From an uncultured Bacilli bacterium (GTDB lineage: Bacteria; Bacillota_I; Bacilli_A; RFN20; CAG-826), in the NCBI GenBank assembly GCA_944363535.1, contig CALVUG010000003.1, positions 307 through 64,306 of the forward strand: 64,000 nt of DNA, read 5' to 3'. The translations under genes and the position numbers were made by a program. Positions 1 to 10,793 of this stretch are shown here, in pieces; position 1 is the first letter of the stretch, and every line of letters starts with the position of its first letter. The notes under the pieces were generated by a model. The model was given only the letters and a program-made list of their open reading frames with translations, had not been told where the DNA came from and ran no database searches.

Positions 1-281
1 ACGTTTGTGACGTCACATAGATAAATATCAATTTCATTTTCTATCGCGTAACTTTCTAATTCTCTTTGTGCTTCTAAACAATACGGACAATTTTGGATGA
101 TGAAAGTTAAGATGTAATTTTCCCCGTTCGTGATTGTCTTTTCTTCCACTTCGAAAGGAGTGATACTTACTAAAGATGGATTTTCGCTCCTAATAATTTC
201 GATCTTTTGTTCGATGGGGCGAATCGGACTACACGCTAGAAGGCTAGAAAGTAATAAACTTGGTAAAAATATTTTTTTCAT
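1..281 (-). CDS. Thioredoxin-fold lipoprotein, N-terminal part only (gene continues past the left edge)
   Basis: Absent from the ORF track because no stop lies in the window. Reverse-strand reading from ATG (279..281) gives MKKIFLPSLLLSSLLAC-SPIRP (signal peptide plus lipobox LLAC) ... FIIQNCPYCLEAQRELE (CPYC redox motif). Confidence 0.6.
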   Translation of the reverse strand, partial: MKKIFLPSLLLSSLLACSPIRPIEQKIEIIRSENPSLVSITPFEVEEKTITNGENYILTFIIQNCPYCLEAQRELESYAIENEIDIYLCDVTN

Positions 282-288
282 CAAGTGT

Positions 289-294
289 ATTATA
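289..294 (-). promoter_or_regulatory. -10 box TATAAT 7 nt upstream of ATG 281 (leaderless-type)
   Basis: Reverse strand reads TATAAT-acacttg-ATG with no Shine-Dalgarno in the gap. Confidence 0.4.
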
Positions 295-394
295 ATAAGT
301 TTCAAACTCGCTTACTACAAAGAAAAGAAAATCCATGCTAGATAAAAGTTTTATGGTTTCATAAAATATGATATTATCGAAGTGATTTAAGACT

Positions 395-1246
395 ATGTAC
401 GATAAAGAAGAAGCCAAAAAAATATTTAGCGAACTGACGAATAAACGCGTCCACTACATCTCTTTGATACCAGAAGGGACGACGAATATTCTTTATAACA
501 TTAACGATGCTTACATTTTACGTTTTAGAAAATATCATGACGATTTATTTTATCGTAGTAAAAACGAAAGAGATGCGATAAGAAAAATCGCTCCTTTAAA
601 CATCTCTGAAATCGTCTTATATTACGATGAAGATACGGATATTAAACTTTCTAAGTTTATCCACGGCACGCATCTTTACATCGACTCGCTTTCAGAAGAA
701 CAACTTCGTTACTGCGCGAAAACGCTAAAAAAACTCCATCGAGCGAACTTAAAAATCGAAGGTAAATTTAATAGTTTAGATCGTCTTTACGCTTATAAAA
801 AAGAAGCTGGTGAAACAAACATTCCTAACCTATACGAGAAGCACACGATTAGAGATGCTTTAAACTTCTTAAAGAAGGAAGAAAAAGAATTCGTCTTATG
901 TCATAACGACTTAGTAAGAAATAACCTCCTATTTAAATTCGATAAGATGCTTCTCATCGATTGGGAATACGCTGGGATGAATCACCCCTATTTCGATTTA
1001 GCTTCATTTTTAAGTGAAAATAATATCGAAGATGAAAAGACGATTGAAACTTTCTTAAGATTTTATTTTGGTAGCCAATTTAATTCCTTAAAAATGCGAA
1101 GAATTAAACTTATGTATCGTTACGTCGATATCCTTTGGTATTATTGGGCCTTAGCGATGCTGAAGAAAAGAAAAGAAGACATCTATGAAAAAATAGCGGC
1201 GAATAAGCTCCGCCGCATCCTAGCGATGGCTAGTTTAGAAAAGTAA
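395..1246 (+). CDS. Choline/ethanolamine-kinase-like phosphotransferase (APH/ChoK fold)
   Basis: 283 aa. Catalytic loop LCHNDLVRNNLLF (HxDxxxxN) and the choline-kinase-type motif LIDWEYAGMN. Confidence 0.7.
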   Translation: MYDKEEAKKIFSELTNKRVHYISLIPEGTTNILYNINDAYILRFRKYHDDLFYRSKNERDAIRKIAPLNISEIVLYYDEDTDIKLSKFIHGTHLYIDSLSEEQLRYCAKTLKKLHRANLKIEGKFNSLDRLYAYKKEAGETNIPNLYEKHTIRDALNFLKKEEKEFVLCHNDLVRNNLLFKFDKMLLIDWEYAGMNHPYFDLASFLSENNIEDEKTIETFLRFYFGSQFNSLKMRRIKLMYRYVDILWYYWALAMLKKRKEDIYEKIAANKLRRILAMASLEK

Positions 1247-1250
1247 TTAA

Positions 1251-1793
1251 TTATCTTTTATTTTTAAAAGTTTCATCGTACCTAACGATACATTGTTCGA
1301 TTATTTCGATAGCTTTTTTTGGCCCTTCCGTTTCATAGACTGCGGTAGGCTTACCTTCCAAAGTTTTATAGACGGAGAAGAAATGTTCTATTTCTTCATA
1401 GATATGTTTTGGTAAATCTCTAATATGTCTAAATTTTTGATAGAACGGATCATTTAACGCGATAGCGATAACTTTTTCATCGCGGTAGCCACTATCGATC
1501 ATGTGGAGAACGCCGATAGGATAACATCTGACGATGGTCATCGGAATGATTGGTTCAGATGAGATGACTAAGACATCGATTGGATCTAAATCTTCCGCAT
1601 ACGTATGAGGAATGAAACCATAATTATGTGGATAATGGGTGGAAGTATATAAGATACGGTCAAGTTTTAATAAGCCCGTCTCTTTATCTAGTTCGTACTT
1701 ATTTTTGCTACCTTTTTCAATTTCGATGACGACGTAAAAATCATCAGGTTTAATTCTTTCCTTAGGAAAGGTGTGCCAAATGTTATTGTTCAT
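1251..1793 (-). CDS. ppa: Inorganic pyrophosphatase, family I
   Basis: 180 aa. Motifs [24 protein letters not shown] and DEKVIA are typical of soluble family I PPase. SD GAGGT lies 7 nt upstream. Confidence 0.9.
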   Translation of the reverse strand: MNNNIWHTFPKERIKPDDFYVVIEIEKGSKNKYELDKETGLLKLDRILYTSTHYPHNYGFIPHTYAEDLDPIDVLVISSEPIIPMTIVRCYPIGVLHMIDSGYRDEKVIAIALNDPFYQKFRHIRDLPKHIYEEIEHFFSVYKTLEGKPTAVYETEGPKKAIEIIEQCIVRYDETFKNKR

Positions 1794-1857
1794 AATTGCT
1801 ACCTCATAATCTATTATACGTAGAAAAAGATATTTTGCCTAACGAAACTAAACTTTA

Positions 1858-1863
1858 TATAAT
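1858..1863 (+). promoter_or_regulatory. -10 box TATAAT 7 nt upstream of ATG 1871 (leaderless-type)
   Basis: TATAAT-aaattcc-ATG with no SD in the gap. Confidence 0.4.
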
Positions 1864-1870
1864 AAATTCC

Positions 1871-2683
1871 ATGAAATTGAAAGCGTTGTTAGTCTTACCT
1901 TTATTAATTCTAAGTGGCTGCGAAGGTAACCAAAGTACCATCCATTTAGAACGTCATGGCTTATTAGAAAATAATCTTGTCTCCTTAGAAGATGATATTA
2001 CTCTTTTCACAAAAAGTGCGGACAATGATTTATTGATAACGTTAAGTGAAACTAAACAAGATTATGTCGTCTACACTTATAGTGAAAATTGTTCTTTCTG
2101 CGCTTCTTTTCTTCCCATCTTAAAAAATTATTTATTAGAAACGCATCATCTCATCTATTCATATAACACTACTTCGAACAATTTGACAGAATTAAATGAA
2201 GCCTTACCTGACGTCTATTCCGTTTTAAGTACACCTAACATGTCCTTTTTTAAAGATGGAAAAAAGATAAGTGAGCTCGCCTCTTCTCGTTTTCAAAATG
2301 CACACAATTTTGAGATTGCCTTCGATAGTTACGTTGCAAGTTCCCCTATCGCTCAAATGGATGATTTAACTTCTATTTTAAATGTATTTGATAACGAGTC
2401 TAATTACGTCTTATATTTTTACGAAGATGAGTTATCTTACGAATTTTATAAGGAACATTTTTATCCTGACTTTAACGATATAGAAACGTTAAAACCTTAT
2501 CGTATCGATCTATCGAGATTAAGCGATGATGAAAAAAATAGAATTGAAAATGATTTTAATTTGCCTATTACAAGCGGTCTTATTTATTTAAACACATTAG
2601 ATACGACAAAATATATCTTAAGGGATGATGAAAATTATCTCGCGCAATACGAAGAAATAATATCTAGCCTTTCAAACGATTAG
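1871..2683 (+). CDS. Lipoprotein with thioredoxin-like CxxC domain
   Basis: Start moved from the track's TTG at 1796 to ATG 1871. MKLKALLVLPLLILSGC carries lipobox LSGC, and YSENCSFCASF carries a CSFC motif. The C-terminal half is unrecognised. Confidence 0.6.
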   Translation: MKLKALLVLPLLILSGCEGNQSTIHLERHGLLENNLVSLEDDITLFTKSADNDLLITLSETKQDYVVYTYSENCSFCASFLPILKNYLLETHHLIYSYNTTSNNLTELNEALPDVYSVLSTPNMSFFKDGKKISELASSRFQNAHNFEIAFDSYVASSPIAQMDDLTSILNVFDNESNYVLYFYEDELSYEFYKEHFYPDFNDIETLKPYRIDLSRLSDDEKNRIENDFNLPITSGLIYLNTLDTTKYILRDDENYLAQYEEIISSLSND

Positions 2684-3071
2684 AAACATTTAAACGATTT
2701 TTATTTTTAGCTAAATTTAGTTTAGCTTTTTCGATCGCTTCCTCATCATCCGCATGAGCGATGATATCTTCATCGCTAGCGATAGCTTTTAATAATCTAT
2801 CTCTATCGATAGCGTGCGCTTCTTCAATTTGTGAAATTAAGATGGTCACTTCATCTGGCTTAACTTTTAAAAAGCCTTCGCTTACGGCGAACAATTGTTT
2901 TTTCTTCCCGTCGATTATCTCTAATGGCGAAGTGACGATAGGCGCGACTAAGGGCATATGTCCAAATAAAATACCGAGCATTCCAACGGAAGTAAAGACG
3001 TTAATCATCTCCGCATCTTCTTCTAGATAAATACCATCAGGATTAATAATTTGGACGTGAATCTTTTTCAT
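2664..3071 (-). CDS. atpC: F1 ATP synthase epsilon subunit
   Basis: 135 aa, last gene of the atp operon immediately after atpD. Typical epsilon N-terminal beta-sandwich (VQIINPDGIY...) followed by a helical tail. Confidence 0.85.
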   Translation of the reverse strand: MKKIHVQIINPDGIYLEEDAEMINVFTSVGMLGILFGHMPLVAPIVTSPLEIIDGKKKQLFAVSEGFLKVKPDEVTILISQIEEAHAIDRDRLLKAIASDEDIIAHADDEEAIEKAKLNLAKNKNRLNVSNRLKG

Positions 3072-3074
3072 ATT

Positions 3075-4499
<1,425 letters not shown>

Positions 4500-4513
4500 T
4501 TACCTACCTTTCT

Positions 4514-5365
4514 TTAAAGTAAAGCGGAGCTAATCTCATTGATCTCTTCAGTGATGGCTCCTTGTCTAGCTTTGGCTTTTTCAATCGTTAAAGTATCGAT
4601 AATTTCTTGAGCGTTATTAGTGGCGTTTTCCATCTGGGCTCGTTTACTCGCTTGCTCAGAGACGCGGCTTTCTAAATATTTTCCATAAATGGAAGCACTT
4701 AGAACGTGTGGGATTAAAGTATCGACGACCTCTTTTAAATTAGGTTCGATAAGTAAGGTTGAATCATCTTTTAAAACATCATCTTTCGAAGCAAAAAACG
4801 GTAATAGATAAGTCGAAGTAGCCTCGAAGACGAGAGGGTTTTTATAGTGCATGTACACTAATTCGATCGAACCATAAATTTCATCTTGATAAAGTTTTAA
4901 GATGCGTTCTAAGATGACTTCAAGACGTGAACCGATATTTAATTCGTGTTGCGAAAAAGCGATCTTGTTATCGATATTCAATTTATTTAACGCGACTTGT
5001 CCTAATTTACGATTCCCAATCAAATATATTTCATCGTTCGCATGAATCTTCGTCTTTAAAAAAGAAGCAATTTGATAGTTAAAAGATGAAGACATCGAAA
5101 CGCTAGAGAAAATGACGATGAAAAGTTTTCTTTTTTGGAAGTGCGGTCGAAATAAGTAAGGATGATCTTCTTTTCTTAAAAAACGCGAAAAAATATCTTT
5201 ACCTAAATCTAAATACGAATCAAAAAAGATGCGTGACTCCGTTAACTTCTTACGATATTTACGTAAGTTTGAAGTCGCGATGAGCATCATCGCATTCGTG
5301 AGTTTCTTCGTCGAAGAAATCGACTTCACACGTCTTTGGATGTCATTTAAATTTAGACTGCTCAT
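4514..5365 (-). CDS. atpG: F1 ATP synthase gamma subunit
   Basis: 283 aa between atpA and atpD. N-terminal IQRRVKSISSTKKLTNAMMLIA and C-terminal ARQGAITEEINEISSA helices are typical of gamma. Confidence 0.85.
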   Translation of the reverse strand: MSSLNLNDIQRRVKSISSTKKLTNAMMLIATSNLRKYRKKLTESRIFFDSYLDLGKDIFSRFLRKEDHPYLFRPHFQKRKLFIVIFSSVSMSSSFNYQIASFLKTKIHANDEIYLIGNRKLGQVALNKLNIDNKIAFSQHELNIGSRLEVILERILKLYQDEIYGSIELVYMHYKNPLVFEATSTYLLPFFASKDDVLKDDSTLLIEPNLKEVVDTLIPHVLSASIYGKYLESRVSEQASKRAQMENATNNAQEIIDTLTIEKAKARQGAITEEINEISSALL

Positions 5366-5368
5366 CCT

Positions 5369-6889
5369 TTAAATTTCCTCACCGCGATAGACGACTTCTT
5401 TATAATCGCTTATCGTTTCATGTATTGCTTTTTCTAAGTCTTCACTAATCTCTTTTTTATCGATAATTTCCTTCAATAATTCTCCGTGGAAATTTTTCAC
5501 ATATTCATATAATCCATCGAGGAAGAAATTTACTTTATTCGTCTCTAAATCATCTAAATAAGCGTGATTTACTGCAAATAATTCTAAAATTTGTCTTTCC
5601 ATCGGGAAGGGAAAATATTGATCTTGCTTAAATAGTTCGACGAGCACTTCACCATGTTTTAAAATCTCTTTCGTCTTCGGATCTAAATCGCTACCGAAGC
5701 GAGCGAAGTCTTTTAATTCTTGATAGTTCGCTAAAGAGATTTTTAAAGATGAAGCGACTTGTTTCATCGCTTTAATTTGAGCGCTTCCACCGACACGCGA
5801 AACAGATAGACCACTATCGATGGCGGGCCTTACTCCTTCGTTAAATAAATTTGACATCAAAAATATTTGTCCATCGGTAATTGAAATAACATTGGTAGGA
5901 ATGTAAGCGCTTATGTCCCCCGCTTGCGTTTCTATGATCGGTAGAGCAGTTAAAGATCCTCCACCTAATTTATCGCTTAACTTGCACGCTCTTTCAAGTA
6001 ATCTTGAATGGAGATAAAAGACGTCACCAGGATAAGCTTCTCTTCCTGGAGAACGTTTTAAAAGTAAAGATAAAGTACGATAAGCTACAGCGTGTTTCGA
6101 CAAATCATCGTAGACGATTAAAACATCTTTTCCTTGCTCTAGCCATTCTTCCGCCATCGCGGTAGCGCTATATGGGGCAATATATTGTAAAGCAGCATTT
6201 TCACTCGCCGAAGCGGCGACGATGACAGTGTAACTTAACGCATTAGCGAATTTTAATTTTTCGACGATATTAGCGACCGTCGATTGCTTTTGCCCGATAG
6301 CGACGTAGACGCAATAAATATTTTTATTTTTCTGATTGATGATCGTATCGATAGCGATCGCAGTCTTACCTGTTTGTCTATCCCCGATGATAAGTTCTCT
6401 TTGTCCTTTACCGATAGGAATCATCGCATCGATGGCTTTGATACCCGTCTCTAAAGGTTCATCGATCGACTTACGAAGCATGACGCCAGGCGCGATTCTT
6501 TCGATTGGTCTCGTGCGTTCATATTTAATTTCACCTTTGCCATCGATCGCATGGCCTAAGGCATCGACGACGCGGCCTAAATATTGGTCACCAACCCCCA
6601 CTTCGATGAGAGCGCCACTACGTTTAACTTTATCGCCTTCTTTAATTTCTAAATCGCTGCCTAAGACGACGACACCGACATATTCTTCTTGTAAATTTAA
6701 GACTAAGCCTTGCACACCATTTTCGAAGATGACGAGTTCATTTAACATCACTTGGTCTAGACCGTAGACTAAAGCGATGCCATCTCCGACACTTAAGACC
6801 ATGCCAACATCTTCGTTATGGACGTAGAAAGTATGTTCTTTAATTTGCTCTTTAATAAGAGCACTAATTTCTGAAGCATCAATTTTCAT
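5369..6889 (-). CDS. atpA: F1 ATP synthase alpha subunit
   Basis: 506 aa. Walker A GDRQTGKT and conserved [12 protein letters not shown]. Confidence 0.97.
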   Translation of the reverse strand: MKIDASEISALIKEQIKEHTFYVHNEDVGMVLSVGDGIALVYGLDQVMLNELVIFENGVQGLVLNLQEEYVGVVVLGSDLEIKEGDKVKRSGALIEVGVGDQYLGRVVDALGHAIDGKGEIKYERTRPIERIAPGVMLRKSIDEPLETGIKAIDAMIPIGKGQRELIIGDRQTGKTAIAIDTIINQKNKNIYCVYVAIGQKQSTVANIVEKLKFANALSYTVIVAASASENAALQYIAPYSATAMAEEWLEQGKDVLIVYDDLSKHAVAYRTLSLLLKRSPGREAYPGDVFYLHSRLLERACKLSDKLGGGSLTALPIIETQAGDISAYIPTNVISITDGQIFLMSNLFNEGVRPAIDSGLSVSRVGGSAQIKAMKQVASSLKISLANYQELKDFARFGSDLDPKTKEILKHGEVLVELFKQDQYFPFPMERQILELFAVNHAYLDDLETNKVNFFLDGLYEYVKNFHGELLKEIIDKKEISEDLEKAIHETISDYKEVVYRGEEI

Positions 6890-7445
6890 AGGTGGCTATC
6901 TCCTTTCCGTGGAGCGATTTTTTTAAGTTTTTTAATTTACGTTTGATGGACATGTCGATGATACGGTCACCACACACGACTTTAAATCCACCGATTAAAG
7001 ATGTATCGATGCGATTAGATAAATAGACTTCATAACCTAATTTTTTCTTCACGTAATCTTTAATCTTTTCTTGGCTTTCTTCACTTAAGGGATAAGTCGA
7101 ATAAATGTAACCTTCTCTTATACCTAAATAAAGATGAGCTTGATGGATGAAATCATCTAAGATGTAGATAATTTTTCTTGCTCTTCCGTTTTTAGCGATG
7201 AGGAAGATGAGTTTCTTCAAAGGAATTAAAGATAAATCTTTCAACGTTTCATCTAAAATTTTCATCTTCTTTTCATCATCTAATTTATAAGAAGCAAGAA
7301 TGTAGATGAATTGTTCGTTATAAAAGAGTGCATGACGTATCTTTTTTACTTCTTTTAAGTAAGTTTCTAGAGCGTTTTCTTCCCTAGCGACCGCAAAGAG
7401 CGCACTAGCGTATTTAGAGGCAATTTCATCGATCATGATCTTCAC
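6879..7445 (-). CDS. atpH: ATP synthase delta (OSCP) subunit
   Basis: 188 aa between atpF and atpA. N-terminal [12 protein letters not shown] is OSCP-like. Confidence 0.75.
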   Translation of the reverse strand: MKIMIDEIASKYASALFAVAREENALETYLKEVKKIRHALFYNEQFIYILASYKLDDEKKMKILDETLKDLSLIPLKKLIFLIAKNGRARKIIYILDDFIHQAHLYLGIREGYIYSTYPLSEESQEKIKDYVKKKLGYEVYLSNRIDTSLIGGFKVVCGDRIIDMSIKRKLKNLKKSLHGKEIATYEN

Positions 7446-7986
7446 CTTCTTTTAACAGTTCATCGATAATTTTTTCATTATCTTCTTTTTTCACTTCACG
7501 CTCTAAAATCTTCGATGACATCAAGATGGCGACGTCGACGACGTCGTTTTTCAGTTGTTCCTTCGCTAAGGCTTGCTCTTTAGCGATATCTTTCTTCGCT
7601 TCTTCTTTCATCTGGACGATTTCTTTGGCATTTTCTTGCTTGATTAAATCGGCTTGTTTAATCGCCTCATTTTTCGCGCTAGCGATAATTTTATCGGCTT
7701 CGACGTGACTTTCTTTGATGAGATTCTTACTCGATTCGACATTTTCCGCCGCTTCTTTATTTTTATCTTCCGCTTCCTTTATTTCTTTTTCGATATTTTC
7801 TTTTCGTTTCGAAAGCATCTTCTTCACCGGCTTATAGATGAGGAAGGTGACGACGACAATTAAGATGATGAAAGCAATTAATTGCGTCAAAAAGGACCAA
7901 AAGTCAGGGATGAGTTTATCTAAGATGTCATCCCCGTTAATGGGAGGAGTCGATGATAATGTCCAAAGATGAGGAAGATGAAGCAA
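7426..7986 (-). CDS. atpF: ATP synthase Fo subunit b
   Basis: 186 aa with one N-terminal TM helix and a long Lys/Glu/Ala-rich helix. TTG start preceded by AAGGAG. Confidence 0.75.
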   Translation of the reverse strand: MLHLPHLWTLSSTPPINGDDILDKLIPDFWSFLTQLIAFIILIVVVTFLIYKPVKKMLSKRKENIEKEIKEAEDKNKEAAENVESSKNLIKESHVEADKIIASAKNEAIKQADLIKQENAKEIVQMKEEAKKDIAKEQALAKEQLKNDVVDVAILMSSKILEREVKKEDNEKIIDELLKEGEDHDR

Positions 7987-7999
7987 GTAAATTCTCCTT

Positions 8000-8215
8000 T
8001 TAGATGAATAAAATTAAGATAGCGATAACTAAGGCGTAGATCGCTGTCGTTTCCGAAAGTGCGCAGCCAAGGATCATCGTCGTACGAACTTTCGAATAAA
8101 CTTCGGGATTACGAGCGATACCATCCACTGCTTTCATGCAGATGATACCATCTGCGATAGCGGATACAGCCCCCGCTAAGACGGCGATAGCCGCGGCTAA
8201 ATATTTAATTTCCAT
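8000..8215 (-). CDS. atpE: ATP synthase Fo subunit c
   Basis: 71-aa two-helix hairpin with loop ARNPE and carboxylate helix CALSETTAIYALV. The start overlaps the atpB stop (ATGA). Confidence 0.9.
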   Translation of the reverse strand: MEIKYLAAAIAVLAGAVSAIADGIICMKAVDGIARNPEVYSKVRTTMILGCALSETTAIYALVIAILILFI

Positions 8216-8973
8216 CAGTGAGCCCTCCTTTCTTCGAAATTGGTGATGGATATTTCGTGTGCTAAATCTTCGTCAGGCTTCTCTTGCGCGATGAAGATGA
8301 GACTTAAGAAGATAAAGACGACAATTTGGATGAAGCCAGCGAACACATCGAAATATAGATGTAGCACCGGCGTGATGATCGGGGCAATGAAAATAGAATT
8401 TACGCCCGCTGGTAAAGCGCTGAAGATAAGAGCGCTTAAATTTTCTAAAGCCCAATAGACTAAAGATAAGACGATGTAACCACTTAAAGCATTTCCAAAA
8501 AGACGGAAAGCAAAAGATAATAAAGGTGACCACATCGACACTAAGTTGATCGGTAAGAAGATGAAAACTGGTTCGGTAAAACGTTTAAAATATTTCCATT
8601 TATTATATCTTGCTGCTGTAAAGTGAATTAAAAAGAAAGTGCATAAAGATAAAGTTAAAGGAATCGCTAAAGAAGTGACCGGTTGAGGTAAACCTGTCAT
8701 CCCGACGAAGTAACATAAGCCTAGATAAAGGGCGACGCTAACGACGTAAGCCCCAAAATTTTGCTTATCGCTATTCATGAATGAACTCGCTAGTTCATCC
8801 GCTTTCCTCACTCCTAATTCAGCGATTAATAATAAACCTTTCGGAGCTTTTAAAGGGTCTTGTCTTTTAGCTAGGAAGAAGATGACGAAAGCAAATAAAA
8901 TGATGAGACCAATGACGATCAAAGAGACGATAATTTCACCGGACATGTCGAAGACGAAGAAATTATCGAACAT
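8215..8973 (-). CDS. atpB: ATP synthase Fo subunit a
   Basis: 252 aa, polytopic, with the conserved Arg motif FRLFGNALSG. Confidence 0.9.
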   Translation of the reverse strand: MFDNFFVFDMSGEIIVSLIVIGLIILFAFVIFFLAKRQDPLKAPKGLLLIAELGVRKADELASSFMNSDKQNFGAYVVSVALYLGLCYFVGMTGLPQPVTSLAIPLTLSLCTFFLIHFTAARYNKWKYFKRFTEPVFIFLPINLVSMWSPLLSFAFRLFGNALSGYIVLSLVYWALENLSALIFSALPAGVNSIFIAPIITPVLHLYFDVFAGFIQIVVFIFLSLIFIAQEKPDEDLAHEISITNFEERRAH

Positions 8974-9370
8974 AGTTTAAATCCTCTTTGCTCACGCTAG
9001 TCACAACGATGAACATAATATTAATAAAGATGTAAGCTCCCATCACCATGAAGAAATTTAATCCTTCAAGACGATAATAAAAGGTTAATAATGCGGAGAC
9101 AATTAAGCCAAAGGCGTAGAGTAAGAAACGCACACTAAAAAGTAAGACGCTCAAGATAACTTTCTTATTTTTTAAGATGAAGGAAGCACTAATTTCTTGT
9201 AGATAAGAAGCTAAAGAAGCGATAAGTAAACCAAAAAGCCATCCCAATGGATAAGCATATAAACCAAAGAAACATAATGGTAACAAGCATAAAAAAATGA
9301 GCGAACCGATGAGCAATCCGAGCAAGAATTTATATTTTGAATGTAAAAGATAAAAAAAGGTGCGCTTCAT
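8963..9370 (-). CDS. AtpI-like small membrane protein (operon-first gene)
   Basis: About 135 aa with 4 predicted TM helices, directly upstream of and overlapping atpB. ATG at 9370 is preferred over the track's GTG at 9388 because of the adjacent -10 box. Assigned by position only. Confidence 0.45.
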   Translation of the reverse strand: MKRTFFYLLHSKYKFLLGLLIGSLIFLCLLPLCFFGLYAYPLGWLFGLLIASLASYLQEISASFILKNKKVILSVLLFSVRFLLYAFGLIVSALLTFYYRLEGLNFFMVMGAYIFINIMFIVVTSVSKEDLNYVR

Positions 9371-9376
9371 ATATAT

Positions 9377-9385
9377 ATGATAGCA
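9377..9385 (-). promoter_or_regulatory. Extended -10 TGCTATCAT 6 nt upstream of ATG 9370
   Basis: Reverse strand reads TGCTATCAT-atatat-ATG. Candidate atp operon promoter with a leaderless-type layout. Confidence 0.4.
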
Positions 9386-9424
9386 CACCTAGACTTATTA
9401 AATCATTTAAAATCGCACTAAATT

Positions 9425-10633
9425 TTATTTTACTTTCACGTATTTAAATTTTGCATATTTTAAGATACCATTATCCCACTTCAAATCAGTCTCTCCAACG
9501 ATGAGTGGTTTTAGGTATTCTCGGTAAGAAACATCCATCTCTTTATCATTTAAAATCATCGATAAAGGAAGGGTTCTTTCCGTATTAGCAATACCGCTTA
9601 AATCTTCGATGACAAGTTCGGTTTTATAAGGCGAAGATGTAAGTCTTTTAATCGCTACCATCTGGCCTGTAATGCCTTGGCAAGCCGATTTAACCGCTAA
9701 AGCTCCGATAGCTTTGGCTTCATCTTGATCAATTTTTGAAATTGTAAGCGGATTAGCCCTCTGTAATAACGATAATTCGATTGGTCTAGTCGGAATATTT
9801 AATCTAGATTCGACGATCTTACAAAGTTCATTACAAAGCCCGCCTAATTGCACGTGATTAAAAGCATCGACGAATGCGCTTTGACTGCTTCTTTCAAAAT
9901 GGATGCCTTCCGAAATAGCGACGATGCAGTAACCATCTCTTTCGTGAATAGTTTTAACTTTGCTTAAGAAATCTTCTAAGTCAAAATCTTGTTCAGGCAG
10001 ATAAATTAAATCAGGACGCATATCTTCATCTAATAAATCGATCGTCGCGGTAAGCCAACCAGCGTTACGACCCATAATTTCGATGATGAAAACTTTGCCT
10101 TTGCGATAACTCGCCGCGTCGATAGCGATCGATTGGACGACGTTAATGACACATTTCGCCGCACTTGGGAATCCTAATGAGTGATCGGTGCAGGCTAAGT
10201 CATTATCGATTGTTTTTGGAACGCCCATCACTTTGATATCGACACCTTTTTCTTTAAATAATAAAGAAAGTTTGTAGCATGTATCCATCGAATCATTCCC
10301 ACCATTGATGAATAAATAACCGACGTTATGTTTTTCTAAAGTTTTCAAAATTGTAAGATAAATTGGATCGTGGAAATCAGTTGGAAGTTTAAATCTTGAA
10401 GTACCTAAGATCGCTCCTGGCGTCTGGAGTAATAATTCGATATCTTCATCACTTTCCATATTGATATCGATAAGATTATCGTTGATCAAACCTTCGATGC
10501 CATATCTAGAGCCATAGATTGCTCCAATTTGATCAGCGTGTTTTCTTGCTTCTTTAATCGCCCCATATAAGGACGTATTGATAACTGGGGTCGGTCCCCC
10601 ACTTTGGATGTAGACCATCGTCTTTTTTTCCAT
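9425..10633 (-). CDS. pfk: 6-phosphofructokinase with a PPi-dependent-type signature
   Basis: 402 aa. Motifs SGGPTPVIN, NGGNDS, VPKTIDND and MGRNAGWL. Asp at the position equivalent to E. coli G104 and Lys at the position equivalent to G124. Confidence 0.9.
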   Translation of the reverse strand: MEKKTMVYIQSGGPTPVINTSLYGAIKEARKHADQIGAIYGSRYGIEGLINDNLIDINMESDEDIELLLQTPGAILGTSRFKLPTDFHDPIYLTILKTLEKHNVGYLFINGGNDSMDTCYKLSLLFKEKGVDIKVMGVPKTIDNDLACTDHSLGFPSAAKCVINVVQSIAIDAASYRKGKVFIIEIMGRNAGWLTATIDLLDEDMRPDLIYLPEQDFDLEDFLSKVKTIHERDGYCIVAISEGIHFERSSQSAFVDAFNHVQLGGLCNELCKIVESRLNIPTRPIELSLLQRANPLTISKIDQDEAKAIGALAVKSACQGITGQMVAIKRLTSSPYKTELVIEDLSGIANTERTLPLSMILNDKEMDVSYREYLKPLIVGETDLKWDNGILKYAKFKYVKVK

Positions 10634-10793
10634 ATGAACAATACCTCTATAAAATTAACAAAAATATTGTATGTGTATACGCTCACATTTGCAAGAAAAA
10701 GCCATTGAATAAGGAAGTAGATAAAATCATTTTGATAGGTTAATTGATTATGCTAATATAGTATTTAGACAAAAAGAACAGCGAGGTAAAAAC

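Noticed and set aside
130-345. 71-aa ORF on the + strand at the left edge
   Set aside because: GTG-started and low-complexity. It lies antisense to a much more convincing lipoprotein gene on the - strand (lipobox plus CPYC motif), so it is treated as a shadow ORF.
1796-1870. TTG-started N-terminal extension of the 1871..2683 lipoprotein
   Set aside because: The ATG at 1871 gives a canonical signal peptide and lipobox and sits 7 nt after a TATAAT box. The extension would bury the signal peptide.
6336-6767. 143-aa + strand ORF inside atpA. Similar antisense ORFs occur at 2761..3030, 7526..7863, 8240..8533, 13023..13328, 44281..44679, 45352..45948, 51524..51796, 52789..53094 and 54799..55089.
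   Set aside because: All lie wholly inside strongly supported genes on the opposite strand. They have Ser/Leu/Pro-rich shadow-frame compositions and no start-site signals.
8215-8217. Possibility that this is a code-4 Mollicute (UGA = Trp)
   Set aside because: TGA terminates atpB exactly at the atpE start, and also terminates the GH13 gene at 55287 and the 299-aa gene at 62491. All long genes are intact under code 11.
10486-10686. 66-aa - strand ORF overlapping the 5' end of pfk
   Set aside because: It is out of frame with pfk, overlaps its conserved N-terminus, and extends into the divergent promoter region. It has no SD and no recognisable product.
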